From NCBI GenBank assembly GCA_001791325.1, contig MGEK01000023.1, positions 4,405 to 68,404 of the forward strand: a stretch of DNA of 64,000 nt, given 5' to 3'. This document shows, in pieces, positions 29,533 through 39,462 of the stretch; position 1 is the stretch's first letter; every line of letters starts with the position of its first letter. The notes under the pieces are model-generated. The model worked only from the letters and a program-made list of their open reading frames with translations. It had not been told where the DNA came from and did no database searches. The stretch comes from Candidatus Uhrbacteria bacterium RIFCSPLOWO2_01_FULL_47_25. Its GTDB lineage: Bacteria > Patescibacteriota > Patescibacteriia > GWA2-46-9. The position numbers were made by a program, and so were the translations under genes.

Positions 29533-29671
29533 CCCCGTTAGAAGTCCGACTTAATATCACCTTAAGAATCTCTTATCTATACCACAATCCATGAATACAC
29601 TAAACACCATAATTACCACCGCAGATAAAATTCTCTTAAGAATTTTATCTGCCAAGGACTTCTAACGGGGT
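29532..29671. mobile_element. Family A MITE-like element, copy 3 (inverted relative to copies 1 and 2)
   Basis: TIRs ACCCCGTTAGAAGTCC / GGACTTCTAACGGGGT. Fills the whole archease-stop to rtcB-start interval. Confidence 0.88.
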
Positions 29672-31117
29672 ATGATCCCTAAACAATCCTTAGTAAAAAT
29701 TCACGACTGGCTTTGGGAAATTCCTAAAAGTTATCGCCACGACATGCGCGTGCCGGCGCGGGTTTGGACTTCGGAAAAAATGCTTGAAGACATATTGGGC
29801 GATAGATCGCTTGAACAAGCGGTTAACGTGACCACCCTGCCTGGCATTGCCAAAGCCGCTTTAGTGATGCCAGACGTGCACGAAGGGTATGGTTTTCCCA
29901 TTGGCGGCGTCGCCGCCATGCGCTGGCCAGATGGTGTAATTTCTCCGGGCGGCATTGGTTATGACATTAATTGCGGCGTGCGCCTTTTGAAATCAGAGCT
30001 GTCGTTTAATGATGTGGCCGCTCATCTTTCTTCCTTAGCTCGTGAGCTTTATCATGAAGTGCCTTCAGGCGTTGGTCGCGGCGGCACTATTAGACTCAAT
30101 ATCATTGAACTTGATCGCGTGCTCAAAGATGGGGTTGGCTGGGCTATCAAACATGGCTACGGCGAGGATCAAGACGCGCGCTACTTGGAATCATCAGGCG
30201 CGCTCGCTGATGCCGATCCATCTGCTGTTTCTGAACACGCTAAAAACCGCGGCCGCGATCAACTGGGCACCATGGGCGCGGGCAATCATTTTGTGGAAGT
30301 GGACAAGGTAACACAGATATTTGATTCGTCCACGGCAAAAACCTTCGGCTTATGGCAAAATCAAATTGTAATTCTCATTCACTGCGGCTCTCGGGGTCTG
30401 GGTCATCAAGTGGCCACCGACTATATTCGCCTAATGCAGAAAATAATGCCGCGCTACCACATTAGTTTGCCCGACAGAGAACTTGCCTGCACTCCCCTTT
30501 CTTCTCTGGAAGGGAAAAATTATTTTAACGCCATGGCCGCGGCCGCTAATTTTGCCTGGGCCAATCGCCAACTAATCACGCATGAGATCAGGAATAGCTG
30601 GCGCAAAGAATTTGGCGCAAGCGCCAGCCAATTATCCATTCTTTATGATGTCGCCCATAATATAGCCAAAATTGAAGAACACATTATTGACGATAAGCCG
30701 CAAAAACTTATAATGCATCGCAAAGGCGCGACGCGCGCCTTTGGGCCCGGGCATCCAGAAGTGATTGAAGAATATCGCGCCGTGGGACAGCCAGTAATAA
30801 TCCCGGGCTCTATGGGTACGGCTTCTTATGTTCTCGCGGGCACCAAGCAAGCCATGAAAGAATCATTTGGCTCTTCCTGCCACGGCGCCGGTCGCCGTAT
30901 GTCGCGCCATGCGGCCAAACGAGCCGTGCAAGGAGGGGCTCTCCGAGACCAACTGGCGAAACAGGGCATCCATATTCAAACCGGCTCGCTCTCTGGTTTA
31001 GCCGAAGAAGCGCCACTGGCTTATAAAAATATTGACGATGTGGTGGACGTAGTATCCAAAGCCGGCCTTGCCAAAAAAGTAGCCCGCCTAGAGCCGCTGG
31101 TGGTAGTCAAAGGTTAA
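29672..31117 (+). CDS. rtcB: RNA 3'-phosphate/2',3'-cyclic phosphate-5'-OH ligase RtcB
   Basis: MPDVHEGYGFPIG, GYDINCG, GNHF, HCGSRG, HRKGA, PGSMG, SSCHGAGR. Confidence 0.97.
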   Translation: MIPKQSLVKIHDWLWEIPKSYRHDMRVPARVWTSEKMLEDILGDRSLEQAVNVTTLPGIAKAALVMPDVHEGYGFPIGGVAAMRWPDGVISPGGIGYDINCGVRLLKSELSFNDVAAHLSSLARELYHEVPSGVGRGGTIRLNIIELDRVLKDGVGWAIKHGYGEDQDARYLESSGALADADPSAVSEHAKNRGRDQLGTMGAGNHFVEVDKVTQIFDSSTAKTFGLWQNQIVILIHCGSRGLGHQVATDYIRLMQKIMPRYHISLPDRELACTPLSSLEGKNYFNAMAAAANFAWANRQLITHEIRNSWRKEFGASASQLSILYDVAHNIAKIEEHIIDDKPQKLIMHRKGATRAFGPGHPEVIEEYRAVGQPVIIPGSMGTASYVLAGTKQAMKESFGSSCHGAGRRMSRHAAKRAVQGGALRDQLAKQGIHIQTGSLSGLAEEAPLAYKNIDDVVDVVSKAGLAKKVARLEPLVVVKG

Positions 31118-31122
31118 AAATA

Positions 31123-31335
31123 TTTACCCTCCTCCGCGAGCGAAAGCGAGCGGAGAAAGCCCCGCCTGTTAAGGCGGGGATGAATGAGGGTACCCTGCGT
31201 AGTCCCGCCGAGCGGGACGAAGCAGGGTACGCTTCGGAGGGTTCCGCTGCTACTCTGCGAAGTAGCTTCGCTACGTAGCACGAGCCGACGAAGCGTGTGG
31301 AGAGGAGCCACGGCTGTAAAGCCGTGGGGCTCCAC
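31123..31335 (+). mobile_element. Family B IS200/IS605-like element with several nested palindromes
   Basis: Same ends as 9262-9360 plus inserts at 31134-31153, 31191-31229 and 31248-31280. Confidence 0.78.
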
Positions 31336-31411
31336 AAAAAGAAACGGAGGCGGCCTGACAGATATCAAACCGCCCCTAACATGACCATCGTCTTCCTGAA
31401 CGCTTAGCGCC

Positions 31412-31654
31412 TCACTGAGAGGCGCTATGTTTCTGTTCATAGGCGCAAAGCGCTAACTTGACGCCGACCAGAACGAATTTGGTAGCCAGCTCATACGACT
31501 CTTCTGGCGCGAGGCCGTCGCCAATCATGCACTCTGCTAACTTCCTCCTTTCTCTCTCAAGGTGAACCTTAGTAACGGCTCCTACCCCGCGCACCATGAT
31601 GGCCTCATTTTCACGAAACTCCTGACTGTCAACAACTAAAACCGACGTGCTCAT
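31412..31654 (-). CDS. Small hypothetical protein
   Basis: 80-aa ORF with strong SD AAGGAGG upstream. Confidence 0.55.
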   Translation of the reverse strand: MSTSVLVVDSQEFRENEAIMVRGVGAVTKVHLERERRKLAECMIGDGLAPEESYELATKFVLVGVKLALCAYEQKHSASQ

Positions 31655-31761
31655 CGCGCCCTCCTTCTTTCAAACTTTGGGAGAAGCGACCCGCAACGTT
31701 TCGCTTCTCTGGTTTCCATAGTTCACTGTTGCGGACGGGTATTTATAGCACAGGTTATGTA

Positions 31762-32976
31762 TCAAGTCAAGGCTGAATGAAACACCTGCCATGTTGCTTG
31801 TGCTGTACTCTGCCAACTAAATCCGCTTGCTCTCGCTAAGCCAGCAGTACGAAGACTGCTCGCCAAACTTTCATCTGTTGAAATTGTACGCATAGCGTGG
31901 CTAATCGCTGCAACGTCACGCGGATTAACCAACAAAGCGGCACTGCCCGCCACTTCTGCCATGGCGCCATCCCTACTAGTAATCACTGGCGTGCCAGTAG
32001 CCATGGCTTCAAGAATGGGAATGCCAAAACCTTCATAGAGCGAGGGAAATACTAATGCGGCCGCTCCAGCCATAAGCGCGGGAATATCTGACTCGGGAAT
32101 CCAATTTAGGATTTTTACCTGATCATTCAATTTGTGCTTCTTCATGAGCGTGTCCGCTTCCACAAAACCGTACCCGCACGGTCCCACCAAGACTAAACTC
32201 CATCTATCACCGGCCTTACTTTCATCATGACCAAAACTATCATACTCTATAGTATGATAGTTTTGACCAGAAGGGCCGTAACGAGAAGCAGTACCCAAAG
32301 AAGAAGCCGCGCCTAAAAAAATCGCAAACGCTTCAATCAAACGCTCTATATTCTTTTTCTTCTCCAGACGACCAACGAAGAAAAAATACGGCGGCTGAAT
32401 TTTATACCGTTTCTGCGCCACAAGCCGATCGTCAAGAGAAATATGGTTGTGATAGAATCTTTCGTCATGGGCTAAGGGTGTCACAAATATCGGTGCCCGA
32501 GTATTCTTAAAAACCGACTGAAGCTCTTTTTTTGACCACTCAGAAATGGTAATAATCGCACTAGAACGTTTAAGTGCACGACGTACTACATAACGGTGAT
32601 ACCATAAAGCGCGGCGGCGATATAGTTCCGGAAATCTTTCAAAGCCAATATCATGAATTGTCGCGACTGTTCGCTTTGGCAGAATGAGCGGTAAACCGTG
32701 CGCTGGAACAAAAAGCAAATCGGGCGGATAAAGAAACATCTCCCAAGACAATCTCACAAGCGTCCAGAGATATTTTGGCGGCCATTTGAGCACGCGCTCC
32801 TCCCAATTGGCGGGCAAGATAGCGAGTTCCCCACTTAATGGCTCACCAGCATAAAGTAGCACTGTGACATCCGTCGGAATAATTTTCTTTAAATGCTCAA
32901 TCAATAAGTATGAATACCATTCTGTGCCGGTTTTTCTTTCTTTATTGGCGCGTGAAGCGTCTATACCTATAATCAT
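31762..32976 (-). CDS. GT4 glycosyltransferase
   Basis: GIDASRA, TIHDIG, VGRLEKKKN, FPSLYEGFGIPILEAM. Confidence 0.95.
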   Translation of the reverse strand: MIIGIDASRANKERKTGTEWYSYLLIEHLKKIIPTDVTVLLYAGEPLSGELAILPANWEERVLKWPPKYLWTLVRLSWEMFLYPPDLLFVPAHGLPLILPKRTVATIHDIGFERFPELYRRRALWYHRYVVRRALKRSSAIITISEWSKKELQSVFKNTRAPIFVTPLAHDERFYHNHISLDDRLVAQKRYKIQPPYFFFVGRLEKKKNIERLIEAFAIFLGAASSLGTASRYGPSGQNYHTIEYDSFGHDESKAGDRWSLVLVGPCGYGFVEADTLMKKHKLNDQVKILNWIPESDIPALMAGAAALVFPSLYEGFGIPILEAMATGTPVITSRDGAMAEVAGSAALLVNPRDVAAISHAMRTISTDESLASSLRTAGLARASGFSWQSTAQATWQVFHSALT

Positions 32977-33848
32977 AATCCGACCACTAAGGACAAAATA
33001 ATTATTCCGGATAATGATAAGGCGACTCCTGCTACTTGATGAGAGTGCAATTTTTCGCGACCGATAACTACACCTAAAAACGTGGCCAGAGCAATATAAC
33101 CTTCACTAATTGTTGTCACGATAGCGATAGGCACAAAAGTAGTCGCCATGGCGTAAGAAACCCATCCGATATTGTTAAAAATACAAGCCGAGGAAATAAT
33201 TTTTTTGTTCTCCCAAAATATATTTTGCAGGTGGCGCAACTCGCCAAGAGCCACCAAAACACCTGACGATATAAGCAACAAAACGGCGGAGGTAAACCAC
33301 ACCGTCAATAAGGGAGAAGTCGCTTGGCTGGATAGACCAACTAAAAAATTTGTCAGGGCCAATCCAACCGCCGCCAATAATCCCAGAACCGCGCCTCGCT
33401 CAAATAAAAAGTTGTATTTCTGCCCGAGCATTTCAAATTCAACCGTGGCTAAAACAATTCCCACAAAAACGACTAGAGACAAAAAGAACTCTACGGCACT
33501 CAATTTTTCCCCATGAACAATCACTCCCAAAGCAACTGTCAGTGGCAACTCAAGTCCCAAAATTGGAGCGACGATAGCCAACTTGCCCAAACGAAAAGCT
33601 TCAAGACTGACGACGGCGGTGAATGTTACCACTATGGCCAAAGCCACGAATCTCCATGAATGAGCCGAACTGAAAATTTGTCCTAATTGGCCCATGGCTA
33701 CAGGCCAAAACACAATCGCGCCGAACAAACCAAAAAAGAAAAGTGACCTCCATGTTCCCGCCTGACGCGCTGATCGCTGGGTGAGAAAATCACCAACTCC
33801 CCAACCGAGCAGGGCAAGAAAAGCCAGAGCAATTCCCGCCATTGCCAT
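32973..33848 (-). CDS. EamA/DMT-family transporter
   Basis: Two hydrophobic repeats, each with an EKL motif; about 10 TM helices. Confidence 0.88.
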   Translation of the reverse strand: MAMAGIALAFLALLGWGVGDFLTQRSARQAGTWRSLFFFGLFGAIVFWPVAMGQLGQIFSSAHSWRFVALAIVVTFTAVVSLEAFRLGKLAIVAPILGLELPLTVALGVIVHGEKLSAVEFFLSLVVFVGIVLATVEFEMLGQKYNFLFERGAVLGLLAAVGLALTNFLVGLSSQATSPLLTVWFTSAVLLLISSGVLVALGELRHLQNIFWENKKIISSACIFNNIGWVSYAMATTFVPIAIVTTISEGYIALATFLGVVIGREKLHSHQVAGVALSLSGIIILSLVVGL

Positions 33849-33874
33849 AATGTTCCTACCTTTAAACTAACGGC

Positions 33875-34666
33875 CTAAAGCAAATTCGGATCAAGACCGT
33901 TATTTGATGGAGTAATCTCAAAAAGTTTGTCCACATACGCCCAAAACCCATCGTTGCCCCCAAGCTCGGCCGCGCACTCGCTGGCTTCTGCCTCTTTGCG
34001 CGCTTTAGAGTGAAGAGAGTCAAGGGGAAAATGCCGGTATACCCAAGCCACTTGGCCGGAATACTCTGACATGACTTGCTGCATTGTGCGGTGGAAATTC
34101 TTGCAGAAGGGACACTCCAGATCGGAAAATTCCACAACCTTCACGGTCGCTTTCGGGTCGCCGCGCAAATGATCTCTGTCGGTCAACTCTCCCACATTGT
34201 CAGACTCTTGTTTGGTTTTGGGTAGCGGAGCATTGGCAGAAACAGCCAAGGCTTGATCAATAATGGATTTTACGTCTTCAAAAGGAAAAGCGCCGCTAAT
34301 GGGAAATGTTTGCCCATTGGCAGCAACAACTATGCTATAGGGAGTTCCCTGACCGCCAGACTGGACCGCGTTTTGATAGTCTTGCTCCACGCGATCGGCA
34401 TGACGCCCGCTCTTCAGACAGCTCTGAAAATCATCCTGTTTTAAGCCAATGGATGTTGAAATTGGCGTACCGGCTAGAGCCCCCTCAGGGGGCGTCTTAG
34501 ATACCACTGGTTTGCCTTTTTCTAAACTGGGGAATTGGATATTGCCCCCGCCAAGCAAAACGACGAGCAGGATAATAAACCCAACCGTGCAAAGCGCCAT
34601 AATGCCGCCGACAAAACCCATGATAAATGAGGTTTTGGGAGAAAAATTTTTTAACAAATCATTCAT
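33875..34666 (-). CDS. DsbA-family (thioredoxin_4) protein, circularly permuted
   Basis: FSDLECPFC and RHFPL are in the C-terminal half, while the GTP cis-Pro loop and GAFP are in the N-terminal half. N-terminal TM. Confidence 0.85.
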   Translation of the reverse strand: MNDLLKNFSPKTSFIMGFVGGIMALCTVGFIILLVVLLGGGNIQFPSLEKGKPVVSKTPPEGALAGTPISTSIGLKQDDFQSCLKSGRHADRVEQDYQNAVQSGGQGTPYSIVVAANGQTFPISGAFPFEDVKSIIDQALAVSANAPLPKTKQESDNVGELTDRDHLRGDPKATVKVVEFSDLECPFCKNFHRTMQQVMSEYSGQVAWVYRHFPLDSLHSKARKEAEASECAAELGGNDGFWAYVDKLFEITPSNNGLDPNLL

Positions 34667-34745
34667 ATTGTATTAATTAAAATGATAACTCAACAATGTT
34701 AACACGATCACCATCTAAGAGCAACCCGCGCCAATATCATCCCTG

Positions 34746-36977
34746 CTAGGTTAAACGAACCCGTCTTAAGCGCAAGGCATTTAATACCACGGATACGCTG
34801 GAAAGCGCCATGGCCGCGGCGCTGAATTCCGGATTTAAAAAACCCAGAGCGGCCACGGGCACGCCGACGGTATTATAGATAAAAGCCCAAAAAAGATTTT
34901 GTTTAATGTTGCGTAAGGTTGCTTCAGAGAGACTAATCGCTTCAGCCGCTTTGGATAAATCACCTTTCACTAAAACTACATCCCCCGCCTCCATGGCGAC
35001 ATCCGTGCCTGTGCCCATGGCTATGCCCACATTGGCCGCGGCCAGGGCCGGCGAATCGTTAATGCCGTCGCCGACCATGGCCACGAAGTTGCCCTCTTCC
35101 TGCAACCGTTTAATTATCGCCACTTTATCGGCTGGCATCACTTCGGCCTGCACTTCATCAATGCCTACTTGTCTGGCAATCTCCCGCGCCACGAATGAAT
35201 TATCACCCGTAAGCATAACGGTTTTGATGCCTCGATGTTTCAAATGCTTAATCGCTTCGGCTGAAGATTCTTTGAGACCGTCTTGCACGGCAAAAAATCC
35301 AAGTAATTTTTGGTTTCTGGAAAACCCAATAATAGTAAACCCCTTGCTCCCGTATTCTTCTATTTTATCTCTCTGCTCTTCCATATTTACTCCCTCCTCC
35401 CTTAAAAATCTAACACTGCCAATTCTGTATTTCGCGCCTTGATACTCTCCGCTCATGCCTCGTCCGGTAACGGCCTGAACCGCCGTTAAAGGAACACTTG
35501 AAGCGGCATGACGTTTTTCTTTTAACCACTCAACTATGCTTTTAGCCAACGGATGTTCCGAGCGCGACTCCAAAGTATAGGCCTCAAAAAAATACGCTTC
35601 GCTCTCGTCGTTTGACGCCGCTACCCATTCTTGCACTTCCGGATGTCCTTTGGTAATAGTGCCGGTTTTGTCAAACGCCACGGCGGTAATTTTTTTCATT
35701 TTTTCCAAGGCCTCAGCTTTTTTGATAAGAATACCCATAACGGCGCCGCGTCCAGTGCCAACGACAATTGATATGGGCGTCGCCAACCCCAAGGCACAAG
35801 GGCAGGCAATAATAAGAACGGCTACGGCGCGCACCAAAGCCAAACCAAAATCACCGGTCCACCATGACCAAGCAAGAATGGTAATTAAAGCAATAAGCAT
35901 CACAATCCAAACAAAATAACTGGACACCTGATCAACCAACTTTTGAATCGGCGCCTTGGACATCTGCGCCTCCTCCACCAGTTTAATAATCTGCGCGAGC
36001 ATTGTCGCGGCCCCTACTTTTTCCGTCCGCACGGTCAAAGAGCCGTTACCATTCAGGGTCGCGCCAATCACTTGGTCGCCCACTGTTTTGTCAACTGGAA
36101 TACTTTCCCCAGTAACCATAGACTCATCAATGGCTGATGCTCCCTCAATAATCACGCCGTCGGTTGGTATTTTCTCGCCGGGTTTAATCAATAGTTTATC
36201 GCCAACTTGAACCGCCTCTATGAGTACGTCTTCAATTCCGCCCGATTCGGTCAAACGATGAGCTGTTTTGGCGGAAAGTTTAAGGAGTTTTTTTATGGCC
36301 TCTGAAGCCCGCCCTTTGGCCCGTGCCTCTAGATATCGTCCCAACAATATAAAGGTTGCAATAATGGCGACATCCAAAAAATATTGACTAGCTTCCGGTT
36401 GCCAAAGCGTTGTATATGACGAATACAAAAACGCCGCCCCGACACCAAGGGCGACAAGGGTATCCATGTTTGGCCTAAGGCGCGCGAGGCCGGGCAATCC
36501 TAAAGAGAAAAACTCTCGTCCGAAATAAAGTACGCCGAGTGACAAGAGAAGCATTAAAAATCGTTCGTTGGGGATATCCAGCCAAAATTCCACCAAAACC
36601 ACAACGACACTCAAGACTGCCGCGGCTACGAATTTTTGCCAACGATCTGAAATTGCCCGGTCAGATTCTGCGGAGGCGTGCGCCGCGTGGTCTTCTGGCT
36701 GACCGGACGCTTCATGATGCCCAGCGTGATCATGGTGTCCGCCTCCCGCTACTGGCGAGGTAATTGGCTCTGCCGAATAACCAGCGTGCTTTATGGTTGT
36801 TACTATATCTGGCACGCCGACCACTGATTCATCGTATTCAACTTCCCCGCGATTAAGAGCAAAATTAACTCGCGCGTCTTTGACGCCCTTAAGCTTTTTT
36901 AAATCACCTTCAATGTGCATGACGCAAGACGCACAGTTCATACCCACAATATCCAGTTGAATTTTTTTAAATGACAT
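34746..36977 (-). CDS. copA: Cu(I)-translocating P1B-type ATPase
   Basis: HMA GMNCASC, His-rich linker, [24 protein letters not shown] and MALSS. Confidence 0.95.
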   Translation of the reverse strand: MSFKKIQLDIVGMNCASCVMHIEGDLKKLKGVKDARVNFALNRGEVEYDESVVGVPDIVTTIKHAGYSAEPITSPVAGGGHHDHAGHHEASGQPEDHAAHASAESDRAISDRWQKFVAAAVLSVVVVLVEFWLDIPNERFLMLLLSLGVLYFGREFFSLGLPGLARLRPNMDTLVALGVGAAFLYSSYTTLWQPEASQYFLDVAIIATFILLGRYLEARAKGRASEAIKKLLKLSAKTAHRLTESGGIEDVLIEAVQVGDKLLIKPGEKIPTDGVIIEGASAIDESMVTGESIPVDKTVGDQVIGATLNGNGSLTVRTEKVGAATMLAQIIKLVEEAQMSKAPIQKLVDQVSSYFVWIVMLIALITILAWSWWTGDFGLALVRAVAVLIIACPCALGLATPISIVVGTGRGAVMGILIKKAEALEKMKKITAVAFDKTGTITKGHPEVQEWVAASNDESEAYFFEAYTLESRSEHPLAKSIVEWLKEKRHAASSVPLTAVQAVTGRGMSGEYQGAKYRIGSVRFLREEGVNMEEQRDKIEEYGSKGFTIIGFSRNQKLLGFFAVQDGLKESSAEAIKHLKHRGIKTVMLTGDNSFVAREIARQVGIDEVQAEVMPADKVAIIKRLQEEGNFVAMVGDGINDSPALAAANVGIAMGTGTDVAMEAGDVVLVKGDLSKAAEAISLSEATLRNIKQNLFWAFIYNTVGVPVAALGFLNPEFSAAAMALSSVSVVLNALRLRRVRLT

Positions 36978-36991
36978 AATACATAATAAAC

Positions 36992-37122
36992 ACTAAACTC
37001 TAAGCACGAATTTCTTCAGCCCAAGGCTGATCCGCCTCGGGCGGAAAACTCTAAATTACAAACATCAGTGATTTGGGTCATTGAGATTTCGAACTTAATC
37101 ATTGTTTAGAGATTAGAAATTA
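36992..37122. repeat. Inverted heptamer array with nested GC element (37015-37046)
   Basis: CTAAACTCTAAGCACGAATTT...TTTAGAGATTAGAAATT, with nested TTCAGCCCAAGGCTGATCCGCCTCGGGCGGAA. Confidence 0.72.
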
Positions 37123-37141
37123 TTTGAATGTAACAATGTAA

Positions 37142-37351
37142 CTATGAATAGAAAAGCATCACGAGCAAAATAATAAATCCTATTGTCCCCAATGTCAGCA
37201 TAGACGAGATTAAACCAACAACAAAGGCCTGCTTAGACGTTAAGCCGAATCTAGAGTTATCATTTGATACGATCATTTCAACGTGATCGGCCTCATCAAA
37301 ATCCGGATCAAATGGAATTTGCTGTTCTAAATTGGGAGAATGGTGAATCAT
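37142..37351 (-). CDS. Small single-TM protein resembling the DsbA anchor
   Basis: SKQAFVVGLISSMLTLGTIGFIILLVML versus DsbA PKTSFIMGFVGGIMALCTVGFIILLVVL. Confidence 0.6.
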   Translation of the reverse strand: MIHHSPNLEQQIPFDPDFDEADHVEMIVSNDNSRFGLTSKQAFVVGLISSMLTLGTIGFIILLVMLFYS

Positions 37352-37406
37352 GAATTATGAATTATTCTTACGAAATATTATGGCCATACAGCTTATGGCT
37401 TACAAC

Positions 37407-39101
37407 CTAGCTTACCACTTTTATTTCTCCCCAGTACATCCCCATGGAACAACTAAAAGCAAAAGTGCCAGTTTCTTTGGGCGTAAATTCAATAACGTTT
37501 TGACCGGGAGATAAGCGCTCACGAATACCGAGCTGGGGCGCTTGAATCACCGATAGGCAGCCTCCCAAATTATTGGCTTGAATTTCCCACCGTGTCGGTA
37601 CGCCCTGGCGCAAGGTGAAACGATCAGGACTGTATCCTTGATTACTGACTGCCATCTTGACGGTTTGCTGCTTCCCGTTAAAAATCACGTTCGCATCTTC
37701 CAAATCGGAAACTATAGCCCCGGCCGAAGAATTAAAAGCAAATAAATGCGACAATCTAATCGGATAGCCGGTCATGGCCATGCCATTTTGAATATTCCAA
37801 AGACCGAGAATTATAACAGTTGCTCCAGAAAAACGAAAAAACCATTGTCCAACTCTCCCCTTAAATGATCCGGAAGCCCACCCCAGAGCCAGCAGCGCCG
37901 GCGCCGTACCTAAAGCAAAAATAAACAAGGTCATTGCGCTTGTCCAAAAACTCCCCGTGGTTAAAGCGTAAAGCTGTAATGACTGAGTAAATCCGCAGGG
38001 CAAAAAAAATGTGCCGGCTCCCAATAAAAAAGGCACAAACGGATGTGTCTGCGCTTCGGCGTCAACGACTCGGTGTGACAACCATTTTGGCAGACGTGGT
38101 AAAAAACTTTTCATCCAGCGCGGAGCGATATGCAACATCTCTAACCCCATTACGAACATATAAAGAGCCGCCATTATGGTGATGACGCCGGTAATTAATG
38201 GCGATGGCGACAAGGCCACGCCAATTAAACCAATAATTCCACCTAGTACGAAATAAGACAAAAGCCGTCCGCCCACAAACAGCAACACCGGTCTAAAGCG
38301 CGCTATAGGAGAAACGCTTTTGTAGCGTTCATTAAAACGAGCGGCTGACGAAAGCAGAAGTCCGCCAGATACTGCGAGGCAAGAGGAGCTGGCAGCCACA
38401 AGACCAATCAGGAAAATCGCCCCGAAGCTGGTGGGAGTTCCTATATTGACCGCGGCATTGAGCAGACCTAACCGCGACAACATTGATCCTGCAACAAAAA
38501 CTATGGCAAACAAACTAACTAACTTCCAGAACGACAATCTCTCGTTATTAACAACCTCTTCATCCTTATCTCTCTTGGCTTTATTGATTTTAGATGAATT
38601 GTGCAACAAACCAAGCACGCGATATCCATACTCACTGACAGCTTCCTGCAAAGATTCAACCTTGGGCGGTTCTCCCGAATAAACAATATGAACTAACCCC
38701 TTATCCGCGTTCACTTCAACTTTGTCCACCCCCGGAAGCTCGCGAAATTTGCGCTCAATGGTAATTTCGCAACTGCGGCAATGCATGCCTTCAATATTCA
38801 CTTGAACAAACCTCTTTTTTTCATCCCCTAAATCAGATGACGACACACGACTGTCGGCTGAAATATGACTAGCTGGAACAAGCTTAATTCCGCACTGCTC
38901 GGCCATAGATTCAAGCTCGGAGAGCTTCATAAAACGCTTTGATATAATCCTGACTAATTGCTTGCCTGTGCTAATGTCCACCCGTTCAATGTCAGCCAGA
39001 TTTTCTAGCTCACTTTTCAAACGCAACGCCTGCTGATACTCGCTAGGGCCAACCAAGCGACATTTCAAGATAAATAGATTTTGCTTATTGTTTTCAATCA
39101 T
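37407..39101 (-). CDS. HMA + DsbD_2 (TauE/SafE-like) + cupredoxin fusion (heavy-metal transport/detoxification protein)
   Basis: GMHCRSC, SSCLAVSGG, FLPCGFTQ, C-terminal FSCSMGMY. Confidence 0.88.
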   Translation of the reverse strand: MIENNKQNLFILKCRLVGPSEYQQALRLKSELENLADIERVDISTGKQLVRIISKRFMKLSELESMAEQCGIKLVPASHISADSRVSSSDLGDEKKRFVQVNIEGMHCRSCEITIERKFRELPGVDKVEVNADKGLVHIVYSGEPPKVESLQEAVSEYGYRVLGLLHNSSKINKAKRDKDEEVVNNERLSFWKLVSLFAIVFVAGSMLSRLGLLNAAVNIGTPTSFGAIFLIGLVAASSSCLAVSGGLLLSSAARFNERYKSVSPIARFRPVLLFVGGRLLSYFVLGGIIGLIGVALSPSPLITGVITIMAALYMFVMGLEMLHIAPRWMKSFLPRLPKWLSHRVVDAEAQTHPFVPFLLGAGTFFLPCGFTQSLQLYALTTGSFWTSAMTLFIFALGTAPALLALGWASGSFKGRVGQWFFRFSGATVIILGLWNIQNGMAMTGYPIRLSHLFAFNSSAGAIVSDLEDANVIFNGKQQTVKMAVSNQGYSPDRFTLRQGVPTRWEIQANNLGGCLSVIQAPQLGIRERLSPGQNVIEFTPKETGTFAFSCSMGMYWGEIKVVS

Positions 39102-39141
39102 TATATTTACAGAATTGTTCTTAATAGCTTCCGAGGCCTAA

Positions 39142-39414
39142 TTAGCCATTACTTTGGGTAGTGACCAAACTTGTATTGTGCATCCAGACCATATACCAAG
39201 CAAAAATCCAGGCAAAAACAAATACATAAACAGCGCCGAGAATTATACTGCCGAAACTCCCCCAAACAAAACCCGGCAAAGTCTCAAACAAAGCGTGATG
39301 AAGTTCAATTCCTCTGGCCGTGCGCCAAGGCAAATAGCCGCCGACTAAACAAATGACATACGCGACTTCACCTCCAAGCACACAAAGCCAACCATATCTT
39401 TTAAGTGAAAGCAT
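39142..39414 (-). CDS. DUF5676-like small membrane protein
   Basis: YVICL...H...LPGFVW pattern; copper-island context. Confidence 0.7.
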   Translation of the reverse strand: MLSLKRYGWLCVLGGEVAYVICLVGGYLPWRTARGIELHHALFETLPGFVWGSFGSIILGAVYVFVFAWIFAWYMVWMHNTSLVTTQSNG

Positions 39415-39462
39415 ATAATTAAAATTAAATATCCAAAACTTTTATTCTTTCATTTTTTATTA

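Noticed and set aside
31107-31440. ORFs 31107-31337, 31114-31440, 31184-31384 (also 9213-9453 and 59857-60287)
   Set aside because: They are translations of GC-rich palindromic elements. The shared peptide VEPHGFT reflects the DNA repeat, not a protein family.
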